NCBI GenBank assembly: GCA_977862235.1
Contig: OZ374563.1
Coordinates: 2,108,001-2,172,000, forward strand
Source: Dudresnaya verticillata
Taxonomy: Eukaryota
Length of the DNA: 64,000 bases
Reading direction: 5' to 3'
Every line of letters starts with the position of its first letter. Within the stretch, counting starts at the first letter, position 1. A program made the position numbers and the translations under genes. Shown here piece by piece: positions 32,089 to 43,119 of the stretch. The notes below the pieces were generated by a model. That model ran no database searches. It was not told the origin of the DNA and saw only the letters and a list, made by a program, of their open reading frames with translations.

Positions 32089-33135
32089 CTACGCCGAAGG
32101 CGACGGAATGTTTTCCATCACGTGAAAGCCCATTGTTTCGATCGAGCAATGACACTTCTCTACCATCTCTTGCAGTGCCTTTTTGCACAACCTCATCTCC
32201 ATCACGATTGAATTCAGGCGAGCTGGTATCTTCCAGAGTTCCGCAGTAGCATGCATCATCCTCTCCGCGTTAACACCCCGCAATCCCACAGAATTAGCAC
32301 CTGACATCGCTTGCCCGTGGCTCATTTGATACGGAATGTATCCATATCCTCCTCCGAGCCAAACTGGTTCGGTAATTGTGAACTGAAAGGAGGGCACCTC
32401 TTCAGCTCGAATGAGCCTGATTTTCTCTTTCAGGGCCGCAATTGCCGCAGACCCTCTCTTCACCTCTTCTGAAAGAAGATCTTTGCAATGATTCACCATG
32501 ACGAGATAGAAGTGCAGGCTGTTATTGAACCCAAGACTCCGCTGGCCTCCTGGGACATGGTCAAACTTCACGCGGAGAACGTCCAGAGAGCTCAGGCCCG
32601 TCATAGACTCGTACGAGTACTCATAATCAATAGCTTCACTATCGGTAGAAGCTTTCTCCAAAAGTTGCAGGACATGAACCAAGCCAGTCTCTGCAGGGCC
32701 CGAAAGATCATTTCCATGCAAACCAGGAACATGCCTAGAGGTGCCAGTGGACACCGTACTGGCATGATTGCGGTGCCCGTCCGTGGAGCTCGAAGCGTGC
32801 CCGCCCTGTGGGTTTGAAGCCAAGCTTGACTCTGACAAATTGCGATCTCCATGAGCTTCCGAGGGGCCTGCGTGGGTTGCCTCGCCAATTGTGCATGATG
32901 GGATTCTCCACGAGTTAATGTTGCGAATCACACTGGAGCTCAAGCGCCCTTCTCCGTCACACAGCCGTCTATACCACTCGCGGTTAGACGGATTCATGGC
33001 TGGCTTAAGCTTCTGCCGGCAGTCTTGAAATGGACTTTCGACACTTTGTAAGACTGAACGCAGTGACTGTGTCCAAGGGTTAGGCCACCGACCGCGTGAT
33101 TCTGCATTTCCGGCGATGCGCACGGAATCACGCAT
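32089..33135 (-). CDS. ORF348 copy 3
   Basis: Identical protein to copy 2. Confidence 0.6.
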   Translation of the reverse strand: MRDSVRIAGNAESRGRWPNPWTQSLRSVLQSVESPFQDCRQKLKPAMNPSNREWYRRLCDGEGRLSSSVIRNINSWRIPSCTIGEATHAGPSEAHGDRNLSESSLASNPQGGHASSSTDGHRNHASTVSTGTSRHVPGLHGNDLSGPAETGLVHVLQLLEKASTDSEAIDYEYSYESMTGLSSLDVLRVKFDHVPGGQRSLGFNNSLHFYLVMVNHCKDLLSEEVKRGSAAIAALKEKIRLIRAEEVPSFQFTITEPVWLGGGYGYIPYQMSHGQAMSGANSVGLRGVNAERMMHATAELWKIPARLNSIVMEMRLCKKALQEMVEKCHCSIETMGFHVMENIPSPSA

Positions 33136-33228
33136 CTCGTAGGAAAATCTGTGGAAAGCCTTTCAAATTTTGACATCTCGAGAGACCCGCAAAATCTGCC
33201 TTCGCAGCCCTTGGGAAGAAGTGGAATG

Positions 33229-36200
33229 TGTTAGATTTGTGTGTTGATGTGCCAACCAGTCTGGGCTACTCCCTGTTTATGGCTGGTCTTTATACGGTAA
33301 GCAAAGTCCTACTACTACATTTTCGAACCTTTGCTTGCACGGCAGGAGAGTCCTCTCCGGGTGATAATTCCGGGGGAGTCTCCTGAAGAGCAGGGCCGGA
33401 GAGTTTCTGCACTTCTGTCATTGTCAGGTAAACTGCATTGTTGTGGTGCATGTTGACCGTGATAAGTTCGTGTCACATTGAACATCATTGTGCCAACATT
33501 CCCCCTCGAACTTAACAGCGGTCGATTGAGATGCCCATCATACTTGTGAACCTTGTATGTTTGAACTTCTGCAAGGCCTTGGTCATAACGTCTGCCACCA
33601 TATTCTCGGTTGAGATGTACTGTAGTTCGATAGACGCTTTCTGGATGTGGTCACGAATGAAATGGTACTTGACATCGATGTGTTTCGTGCGCTCGTTGGA
33701 GACACTGTTCTTTGCGAGCGCCATCGAACCTTGATTGTCTGTGTATAATGTGAAAGTCTTGTTGGCATCTGCGCGAAACTCCTTGTTCAGTCGTTGAAGC
33801 CATAAAGCCTCACGAACGGCAAATGAAGTTGCAACATATTCGGCTTCAACACTTGACTGTGCTACTATACTTTGTTTCTTGCTACGCCATGAAATAGCCC
33901 CACCGCAACTCAGGAAAACAAATCCGCTTGTTGATTTCCTCTCAATGCGATCTCCGGCAAAGTCAGAATCAGTAAATCCATGCAACCCTACGCAATCTTT
34001 GCTCCTTGATACAAAGGAGATACCATTCTCTTCTGTACCTTTCAGGTAACGAAGGACATACTTGGCGGCATTCCAGTGTACTCTAGAAGGCTTTTGCATA
34101 AAACGGGAGAGATATGAAGTTGCAAACGCGATGTCTGGCCGGGTAGTGTTGGCAAGGTGCAGCAAACCTCCAACCAATTCGCGAAACGGTACCGATTCTG
34201 GTTCCCATTCCCCCTCATCGGTGACGTTTGGGGTTTCCAGAATTGTGCCAGGTGGCAATGGAGTAGTTGTAGACTTGGCATACTGTAATCCGAACTTAGA
34301 AACCATCTCGCGGATCATGTGTGGACTGGATACCTGAATGCAACGTAGATCACGGTTACGATGAATGATGATACCTAAAAACTTCGTCACACTCTTCTCG
34401 ACGCGGATATCTACCTTTTCGGCAATAGATGTAGTTATCTTGCGCATTAATGAGAGGCTGGCACTGACGAGTAGCATATCATCTACGTAGACTAAAACAA
34501 ACAAACGGATAGAGTCGAGGATAAGGATGTAGAGGCTAGCGTCAGACTCAGACTGAAAGAAACCCAGGGTCTTAAGAAGTGTATCGATTGTTCGATGCCA
34601 GGCACGCGAGGCTTGCTTCAGACCGTAGAGCGCTTTCAGGAGGCGGTAGACAAAATGACGTTTTTCATTGTTCACGAAACCCTCAGGTTGTTTCATGTAG
34701 ATGACCTCGTCAAGGTCGCCCTTGAGAAACGCAGCCTTCACATCCAGTTGCATCATCTGTAAGTCCTCATCCGCTGCCAAGGAGAGAAGGAAACGGAGCG
34801 TGGAGTATTTGGCTACAGGTGCAAATGTTTCTTCGTAGTCAATTCCATACCGCTGTGAAAATCCTTTTGCTACGAGGCGTGCTCGATATCGAGATACCCG
34901 GTGGTCAGCGTCTCGCTTCTTGAAATAAACCCACCTGTTCTGGACGGCCTTGGCATCCGTCGGGAGAGGAACAAGCATCCATGTACTCTTACGCTCGATC
35001 TCAGCAATTTCTTCATTCATAGCCTGAACCCATTGATCCTTTTCAGGGCCGCCTACGGCCTCTTTGTATGTGGTCGGAACCTCGGCTGATTCATTTCCCA
35101 TTCGTACGTTAAGTGCAATTGATGCGATGTCACCGTATCGCGCTGGAGTTGTCGACGCACGATTAGAGCGACGCAATTGCGGGAAGTGGGTAAGTTCTTC
35201 AGTATTAACGGAACTAGGGGAGTTGCTGTCCCTATCCTCTTCGTCTTCGTGATCGGACTGGAGTTCTCCTTCTTCGTCATCGGAGTCGTCCGCGAGATCT
35301 GGGAGAGAATTGTTATCATCCTCCGGGTCAGGTAGTTCCATAAAGTTATGTTTGGTTTCCTCTTCTGGCTCTGACACAGCGTCAAGACCTGTGTAGGTCT
35401 CATCGCAGCTGACATCTCGGGAAGTAACAACTTTGCCATCGGTAACGAAGTAGACTTTGTAACTGTTGCCTCTTTCATAACCAACCAGGAGGCCTACCTT
35501 GGCCCGTGGTTCGAATTTGCTTTTCCTGGTTGCTTTGGGAATATGGACATACGCTCGGCAGCCAAACTTGCGGATGTGGGCTAGATTTGGCTTCTTGCCC
35601 ATAATAACTTCGTACGGGGTCTGGTTGGACGAATTGCATGAACGGGTATACAGCCGGTTTCGAAGGTAGTTAGCTGTGTTTACAGCTTCAGCCCACAGTG
35701 ATTCATGGTCAGGAATGTCTGAAACAGCCATGAGCATTGTTCGAGCCATGTCTAGCAGGGCACGGTTGAGTCGTTCGGCCTTTCCGTTAGACTCCGGAGA
35801 GTACGAAGAGGTTAATTCGTGAACTGTACCTCGATTGGAGAGCCATTTCTTGAACTTGTTGGAGAGGAATTCCCCGCCATTATCAGTACGCATCCTCTTG
35901 ACACGTACAAATTCGGGGTCGTAAGCGTCTGCAGTTACACGACGGGCTATTAGTCGTTTGACCTTAGAGCCGAATACAGTTTCCAATTCCACTAGCATCT
36001 CTTTTAGTGCTTTGCTGGCATCTCCCTTCCCGGAGATGAAACGTACGAGAGACAAGGAACTGTGGTCATCGAGTAGAGTCACGAAATGCCGTGCACCCTT
36101 GATGGATCGGCGACGAGAGGGGCCAACTAAATCAGAGTGGACAGGATGTAACGGTTGTGTAGACTTCTGTTCTTCATCGGTGGCCTCAAAACGTACTTTG

Positions 36201-38041
36201 CGAGTCGACTTTCCCTTGAGACAGCTATCGCACTTTGATGGAAACTTGCACTGAGATATTTCAAGACCATTGACTAGTGGAAGGGAATGCTGAATTGTTT
36301 CAGGACTAACGTGTCCCAGCCGTTCATGCCATAGCTTCTGTTTGGCTTCGACGGAAATGGCAGCAGTGTGAGTGTCAGCTTCCACTTGTGTTGGATTCAT
36401 GGTGACTCGATACAGTCCGTCCTCGTGTTCGAGACCTTGAAGAATAACATCATTGCTACGGGATCCTGATACAGTACAGATTCCTTGGCCGTTGGTATCT
36501 GTCTCGAAGATAACGCGATGTCCCTGCTTGCGAAGACGACTAACTGAGATCAGGTTGCACATCAGTCCTGGAACATGTAGGACATTGGTCATTCGGATGT
36601 TGACATCACGGTCGCCGACTTTCGCGACACACAACAAGTCACCAATGGCAACAACTGGAGATTGGTTGCCGTTCCCTACCATTACAGATGATGGGCTTTG
36701 ACTGATATTCTGGGTAAGGAAGTGCTCTGAGTTGTTCGTCATATGCGAGGAACAACCAGAATCAATATACCATTCATAAGGTGGCGAGGCAAGGACAGTA
36801 GTGTTAGCGGTTGCACATTTTGAGATGAACGTGATGTAATTTGACCCACTAGTAGCGGTGTTAGCATAATTTGCTGCTTCTGTCTCCTTCTGGTTCGAGC
36901 GCGGGTCGCGGAAGCTGCCTTGTGGTTTTCCATTTGCAGCACGAGGTCGATAGCGAGGGCTCTCTGGATTATCAAAACAGTCGGGCTTGATATGACCGAG
37001 TCGTCCACAGTAGTGGCATTTCTTCTTTCTGTTTTGTGTTGCTGCTAATGCAGTAGAACTTTCTCCATTTGCCGTGCTAACGTCGTCTTGCAAAATGTTG
37101 ATTTCCTCAAGGACGAGTTGCGATATACATTCTTCATACTTTGTGCCTGAGATCAACATTACTTTCTTCACAACATGATACTCCTCTCTAAGTCCTCGTA
37201 GTAAGGCCCTTTTGCGATCTCGCTCAGATATTGAATGTCCAACTGATGTTAACTTTTGCTCCAGGTTAGTCAACCGATTTACGTAGCTCATAATATTCTC
37301 CGTCGGTAGCATGGTAACTGTCTGGTACTGCGTCAGATAGGCATCAATTGATGCCTCCGAAATAACTTGAAACATAGACTCAAGAGTGTCCCAAACTTGC
37401 TTAGCGTCTCGTAAGCCAATAACACGGGCGCTAATTGAGTCGTCCACAGTGAGTAGTAAGTTTGTAAGAGCGACATCATGGCGACGTTGAAACTTTTCAC
37501 CTTCATCGACGGAGGCACCTTCCGGTTTCTTCTCGGTGCCTGACACGATTCCCCAGAGCCCCTTGGCACGAAGTACTAACTCGATTTTACGAGACCATAT
37601 GTAGTAGTTCTGGGATGTAAGCTTCTCAATACGATAGCGAGAGAGGTCTGTCCCACTTTCAGAATCCATGTTGTGGGAAGACTGACGAAAAAACGAAACG
37701 ACGAGTTGCTACGAAACGATAGACGGGACGTCAAGCGCAGATAGAATTGCGCGTACTAGAACCCCATAACCTGTTAGATTTGTGTGTTGATGTGCCAACC
37801 AGTCTGGGCTACTCCCTGTTTATGGCTGGTCTTTATACGGTAAGCAAAGTCCTACTACTACATTTTCGAACCTTTGCTTGCACGGCAGGAGAGTCCTCTC
37901 CGGGTGATAATTCCGGGGGAGTCTCCTGAAGAGCAGGGCCGGAGAGTTTCTGCACTTCTGTCATTGTCAGGTAAACTGCATTGTTGTGGTGCATGTTGAC
38001 CGTGATAAGTTCGTGTCACATTGAACATCATTGTGCCAACA
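33229..38041 (-). mobile_element. Full-length Ty1/copia element, copy 2 (LTRs 33229-33498 and 37772-38041; TSD GAATG)
   Basis: Same structure, same flanks and same TSD as copy 1. Confidence 0.98.
33512..37669 (-). CDS. Copia gag-pol polyprotein (1385 aa), copy 2
   Basis: Intact ORF; private L>P change (PLHPVHSD, position 36144) next to the first integrase catalytic Asp. Confidence 0.98.
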   Translation of the reverse strand: MDSESGTDLSRYRIEKLTSQNYYIWSRKIELVLRAKGLWGIVSGTEKKPEGASVDEGEKFQRRHDVALTNLLLTVDDSISARVIGLRDAKQVWDTLESMFQVISEASIDAYLTQYQTVTMLPTENIMSYVNRLTNLEQKLTSVGHSISERDRKRALLRGLREEYHVVKKVMLISGTKYEECISQLVLEEINILQDDVSTANGESSTALAATQNRKKKCHYCGRLGHIKPDCFDNPESPRYRPRAANGKPQGSFRDPRSNQKETEAANYANTATSGSNYITFISKCATANTTVLASPPYEWYIDSGCSSHMTNNSEHFLTQNISQSPSSVMVGNGNQSPVVAIGDLLCVAKVGDRDVNIRMTNVLHVPGLMCNLISVSRLRKQGHRVIFETDTNGQGICTVSGSRSNDVILQGLEHEDGLYRVTMNPTQVEADTHTAAISVEAKQKLWHERLGHVSPETIQHSLPLVNGLEISQCKFPSKCDSCLKGKSTRKVRFEATDEEQKSTQPLHPVHSDLVGPSRRRSIKGARHFVTLLDDHSSLSLVRFISGKGDASKALKEMLVELETVFGSKVKRLIARRVTADAYDPEFVRVKRMRTDNGGEFLSNKFKKWLSNRGTVHELTSSYSPESNGKAERLNRALLDMARTMLMAVSDIPDHESLWAEAVNTANYLRNRLYTRSCNSSNQTPYEVIMGKKPNLAHIRKFGCRAYVHIPKATRKSKFEPRAKVGLLVGYERGNSYKVYFVTDGKVVTSRDVSCDETYTGLDAVSEPEEETKHNFMELPDPEDDNNSLPDLADDSDDEEGELQSDHEDEEDRDSNSPSSVNTEELTHFPQLRRSNRASTTPARYGDIASIALNVRMGNESAEVPTTYKEAVGGPEKDQWVQAMNEEIAEIERKSTWMLVPLPTDAKAVQNRWVYFKKRDADHRVSRYRARLVAKGFSQRYGIDYEETFAPVAKYSTLRFLLSLAADEDLQMMQLDVKAAFLKGDLDEVIYMKQPEGFVNNEKRHFVYRLLKALYGLKQASRAWHRTIDTLLKTLGFFQSESDASLYILILDSIRLFVLVYVDDMLLVSASLSLMRKITTSIAEKVDIRVEKSVTKFLGIIIHRNRDLRCIQVSSPHMIREMVSKFGLQYAKSTTTPLPPGTILETPNVTDEGEWEPESVPFRELVGGLLHLANTTRPDIAFATSYLSRFMQKPSRVHWNAAKYVLRYLKGTEENGISFVSRSKDCVGLHGFTDSDFAGDRIERKSTSGFVFLSCGGAISWRSKKQSIVAQSSVEAEYVATSFAVREALWLQRLNKEFRADANKTFTLYTDNQGSMALAKNSVSNERTKHIDVKYHFIRDHIQKASIELQYISTENMVADVMTKALQKFKHTRFTSMMGISIDRC

Positions 38042-41000
38042 GAATGCGCCTGTGCCCGACGTGAGAGTGGCAGCGGCTCGAAGACATAGCGCATGGTTAG
38101 CAGCTGTTCTCGCGCGTGAAGCAAGGAGTACATGCGGCTAGGAAAAGGGGAAACCCGACAAGGAGCGGCGTAAGGCGAAACTGTGACCACCAAAGCCCCT
38201 CCCCTCTCCAGGCCCCGTGCGTCGGTGCGCCTTGTAACAGTCTGTGTGTGTGTCTGGGAAAGTACCTCTTGGACCTGGAGGATGCACAAAGGCGTCTTCC
38301 TTTTTTTGCTTCCCTAATACCACTGCTGATTTGAAAAAGAAGCTCACAAGAAGGTCCTATCCGGAAGAGGGCGGTAGGATTCACAAGCACATTTTTCTCC
38401 AGACTGAAAACATCAGCTGCTCTTTGATCAAGTAGTAACTCGAAGCGCTGTACGTATGAGCGAGCTTTCATTTCTGCGGCCATGAGATCGGCTGTTACAA
38501 CATCTAGGCATACATCAGCGCATTACGTACGATGGTTCTTGTCGAAGGACAACGCGATTTTGTAAGCCTTCGCAGTGCTGGATCTGTATTAGAGAGCGTG
38601 GAAAGGGCGACTATTTCGAAGATAAGACATCCAGATGCGGTGAGACCACGCCTACTGCCCAGTTCACGAAGATGTTCATTTACTATTGGGATGTAGAATA
38701 AGTACACGAAAGGTCGTCGGAAGTGAGAGATGGGAACCTTTATTGTTTATGGTAGGGTGCGAAGTGAGGACTTGGAGGTTTGCAGAAATCTTGCAAAGCG
38801 CAATTGAAACGGACATACAACAGCGCCGGCATCAACTTACGAGCAAACGATAGTATGTGTGTCTCAAAAGTAAGAACAATGCTCGTTCCGTACTTCCTAT
38901 CCCCCAGATGCCTATGCCTTCCAAGTCTGGTATTTGATTTCTCTACGCCTGCGTCTTCAAAGATTGTAACTGGCCCACACTGGCGATGCCGTTCCCCGAT
39001 CAATGACTGACGGTGGACAGTTGTCAACAATAGTCCTTCCTATCGCTTCTTCGTGTATCCGCAATAGAAAATCTCGCAGAACGTACACTGCCCCGTCTCG
39101 CTTACCAGGTGGTAAGCCATGGTTTCCTTGATCTACTGCCCCATCTCCTCCGTGTTGTCCATGATGTCCATGCCGTCTTTGTCGTCTTTGTCGTCCTTGG
39201 CGTCCTTGTCGCCCATATTGCCCTCGCCGTTCATGCGGCCATGCCGTCTTTGTCTTCCTTTTCGTCGTTGGCGTCCATGTCGCCCTTACAGTCCATGCTG
39301 TCCGTGTCGCCTGCAACCCACATGGTATTGAAGCCCTCCGTGCCTACATGTCCTCCATGCGGTCCTCCTCGCCCTTCTGCCCTTCCTCCTCGTTGTCCTC
39401 CTCCTACACTTCCGCCGTCGTGTGGAGCCTGAAGAAGGTCAACACGCCACCTCCATAAGTTCCCACCTGCTCCCTGAGGGTGTGCAGAATGTAGTCACGA
39501 GCTTGCTGCCCATCTCTCTCGGTTCCATCAACATAGGCCTGGATGGTGGCGTACAGGACGTAGACATTACCCTGAAAGATGAACGTGCACAGAATCGTCA
39601 CCTCCTCCAGATCTGTGGCCTGGTTGTTGGCAATGCGCGGCGCGGAGAATCGCATCGCAGCCTCCGACATGATGTGGCTGACATTAATCCCAAAGCGAGT
39701 CCGCTCGGCCCAAAAAGGGTTCTCTTCCGCCGACGAGGAGTCCCCCCAAAAAAGGCTAACGCTAGCCATTTCGAGAACCCGTACAAGACCTGGTCGTACC
39801 GTACACGATAGTGATGCGTACTAATAGGAAAGAGCGAATGTTAGCAAAGGTTCGTCGCGTGTAACGAAGAGGGGTCAATGGCTTCTGCACAAACGAAACG
39901 GGGTGGCCAAGGAATTTGCGCCGCGGGAACGATTTTTTTGGCTTGATGTGTTGTAGCACTACCAGTCGGATCGAGACAGTTTGCTTTTGTAAGAAGCGCG
40001 GGAAATGTTCAGAAGAGCACAAACGATATAGACACAAACGGGTATCACCAGGCGAGGTGCTACCATGCTAATCTATCGGCCGAGATGAATCTGCTTCTGC
40101 GATTGTCCATTCTCGAACGCCCCCTTCGCACATAATCAATGCTACTGTCACTCGCAAGCCATCCAACTCGAACATTTCCCGTTATGACGCCGAGCACCTC
40201 AGCTCTTCGCCAGTAGTGTGGAAAAATACTGTAAGCCGTTGCTCGGTTCTGTAAAGGGCAAGGGACACCCTGTCCCATACGCCACAAGCGTGGAAGTCGA
40301 GGTGCAACAGGCTGTTGATCAAGAGGCCGTCCCCGAAGCAGTCGGCCCAAGAGGACCTCAGGCCCGGGTGGGAGTTTGCAGCACGAAGAACAAGACTGAC
40401 TGCCTCATAGTGTGGCCTTTGGAGGCCGCTTTGCCTAGGAGGAGCTTGACCAGAGGGCCTGGACACTTGGACTCAAGGGCGCAGAGAAATTCCCAAGTCC
40501 GAGCGACACGGTCATGGGCCGACCGATAGCAACCCCAGGTGATTGCTGCGTGCCGTAAACGGACATCTGCCGCGCGACGCCCGATTGCAACGCCACGTAT
40601 ATACCAAGGTGTTACACCTCTTTCCTGTGTGAGCGCGGTTCCGTTTGTTCGCAGATCGTTAATGCCCATCTCCGTTCACTTCGTGCAAGTGCGGATCACC
40701 GCACCGTGGATTGAGGTTTCCAAACTCTCTTCCACGCCTACCGGTTCCAGAAATACAAACAACACCGACACCGACCGAGTGTTGCCCTTCTTCCCAAGCA
40801 GGTCCACAAACGGGGCCTGCACGAAACAAAATCAACGTCCGCCTTGAACGCCTTGGCTCTGTCCGCAAACATCAAGATTTGTGCTAGACCAGGCGCTGGC
40901 CTAGTAATTATCCAACACAATTTCCCGAGCGCTCCACAATAAACTCGTAACGTTGCAGAGTCTACAGAAATTTCTTTCCAATGGAACTTCGCATAATCTT

Positions 41001-42720
41001 TCCAATGGAACTTCGCATAAGCCTTCTCACTTCCCGCATGTTTAGGCAGAGATGGGAGCTGAAAACGGTACTCATATTATTGTATCTCGCTTTGTGTTTC
41101 CCGGGGATGGCAACATAGTCAGGCTCAAAACAAACGCAAACACGAGATGGAGACCTTTATGTACAGGAAGTACTGCAATAGCCCCGTAAGGGGGCCTAAC
41201 TAAATTCCATGCGAAAGGCGACGCTCGAAGAGTGTGTACGACGGTTAGCAGCCACTGCGACAGATTGAAGTACGAGAGAGGTGAGGTGGGTTAGAAGAGA
41301 GAGCTTCTCAGCTATCGACGAAGTATCCTTCATTATAGGTAAGGAAATTCGCCAAGCGCTGAGCGCCTCGATCGAATCCAGAACCAATGGCATCTTAGAT
41401 GCCAACCAGCCCACCACCATCGGATGGAGGTCTATCCGGCTCGTAGAACAAAATCGACGATAATGACGGACTTTCGCTTGCTCGCGAAACAAGACTCGGA
41501 CCAATGGTTGGCTGGCTGGTAGTCTTGCAGTGGAAGGATTTCGTATGTCCGAAGATTGCGATCTGTTTCCGAAGTACGCAAGATGGTTATGCAGAGTTTC
41601 ATAGTATGGTACAAACAGGGGAGCGACAGAATGAAAGAAGACATTGATATCGGACTCTGAAACTTGTTCAAATCTTATCGACATTCACGGAATGATTTCT
41701 TCATCGCAGGACTGCAAGCACGTACGTGTGTAGATACAGGGAAGAGTTACTTTGCTTCTTGAAATGAGGGTCCTGAGAAAGCTAGTGCATACCCTCCAAT
41801 TTCCGGGTCACAATATTAAAGACAAAGAGCTTCCAGGGTTAGCGAAAACGTTGTCTGATCTGCCAGAGTCTTGAGAAAAGGTCAGGGTTGTTGCACAACA
41901 AGGGTTGCGCACTACGAGGCGTTAGGTGCGTCGCAATTGCCAGGTATTTCCGGGGCGGTGCCCTGGCAGGGCTTCTCTCCAGACGCATTGCAATGCCGGA
42001 CAAGGGTGTGAGGGGGGAGCGGATTCTGTAGCGCCTCTTCTAAGGTCTCATTGTGCACATGGCTGAGGGTACTGAATAGAGCGCACTTAAAAGGCCGGTT
42101 CAGTAAAGCAGAATATCGCTGAATGCCTGTCATGCCTGCCAAGTGCTGTTGGCAATGGAATTGTCCGCTTTGAGGAGATCTGGGAAGGTAGGCAGATTTG
42201 GAGTTCAGCCTTCGAGTCTTTGAACGGCGGGCAGCACCGGTGATAACAAGTTGCACGGATGCCACTACAAAAACTCAAAATAAAATGAAGATCTGTTGAA
42301 CAAAATCCAACAAAACCTGAATCGTTACTGTAAACCGATCTTAAAATACTGTAAGGTCTGCGAACGCGTCGTGGAGTTCGGCACCATGTTGCCGCCGAGA
42401 CAGGAAACCTCCGAGTTTGGAGTTGAGGGCAGTATGCAGCGATCCGTCGGTCCATAGCCGTAACTCTTTCCGCGCCTTTTCCGTCGTCCGCACGCGGCGC
42501 TTCGGTCTGGAATCCTCGATGATGAGTGAACATAATTTACAATATAACCCTAGTGATGGGGGGGGGGAGGCAACAGTCACCCAGACTGTTTAACACAGGA
42601 TTCCATACGCATTCACGCCACGACAAGCTCATCTTTCTCAACCCTCTCTCGATCAGCCATCCCTACTGGCAAAGCGACTACCTGAACTCCTTGCGTAGAG
42701 CAACATACCCAGGAATAAAT

Positions 42721-43119
42721 ATGGACGACGATCTGACCAAGCGTTGCTACAAGGCCACTTGGCCGGGCAAGGGCAAGAAGCAGGATCCTTCCGTGCACGG
42801 TTCTTGCAATTCCGGCTACAAGTCTTCCAGCTCTAAGTCCGGCTCCAAGTCTTCAGGCTCCAAGTCCGGCTCCAAGAATTCAGGCTCCAAGTCCGGCTCC
42901 AACTCTGGCTCCAAGTCTTCTTTCAAGTCTTCTTCCAAGTCTTCCAAGTCCTCTAAGGCTTCGTCTGCACGTACATCCACTGGCTCCTCGTACAAGCATA
43001 GTTCCTCCTCGTACGGTTCGTCCAGCAAGTGCCGCGCGTGTCCATACTGCGGTTGTATTGCCCATTCCAGGGAGTCTCTCGACCAGCATATCAGGTGCTG
43101 CCATCCGCGTGCCTGCTAA
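42721..43119 (+). CDS. Ser/Lys-rich single C2H2 zinc-finger protein, copy 3
   Basis: Identical protein to 8049-8447. Confidence 0.8.
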   Translation: MDDDLTKRCYKATWPGKGKKQDPSVHGSCNSGYKSSSSKSGSKSSGSKSGSKNSGSKSGSNSGSKSSFKSSSKSSKSSKASSARTSTGSSYKHSSSSYGSSSKCRACPYCGCIAHSRESLDQHIRCCHPRAC

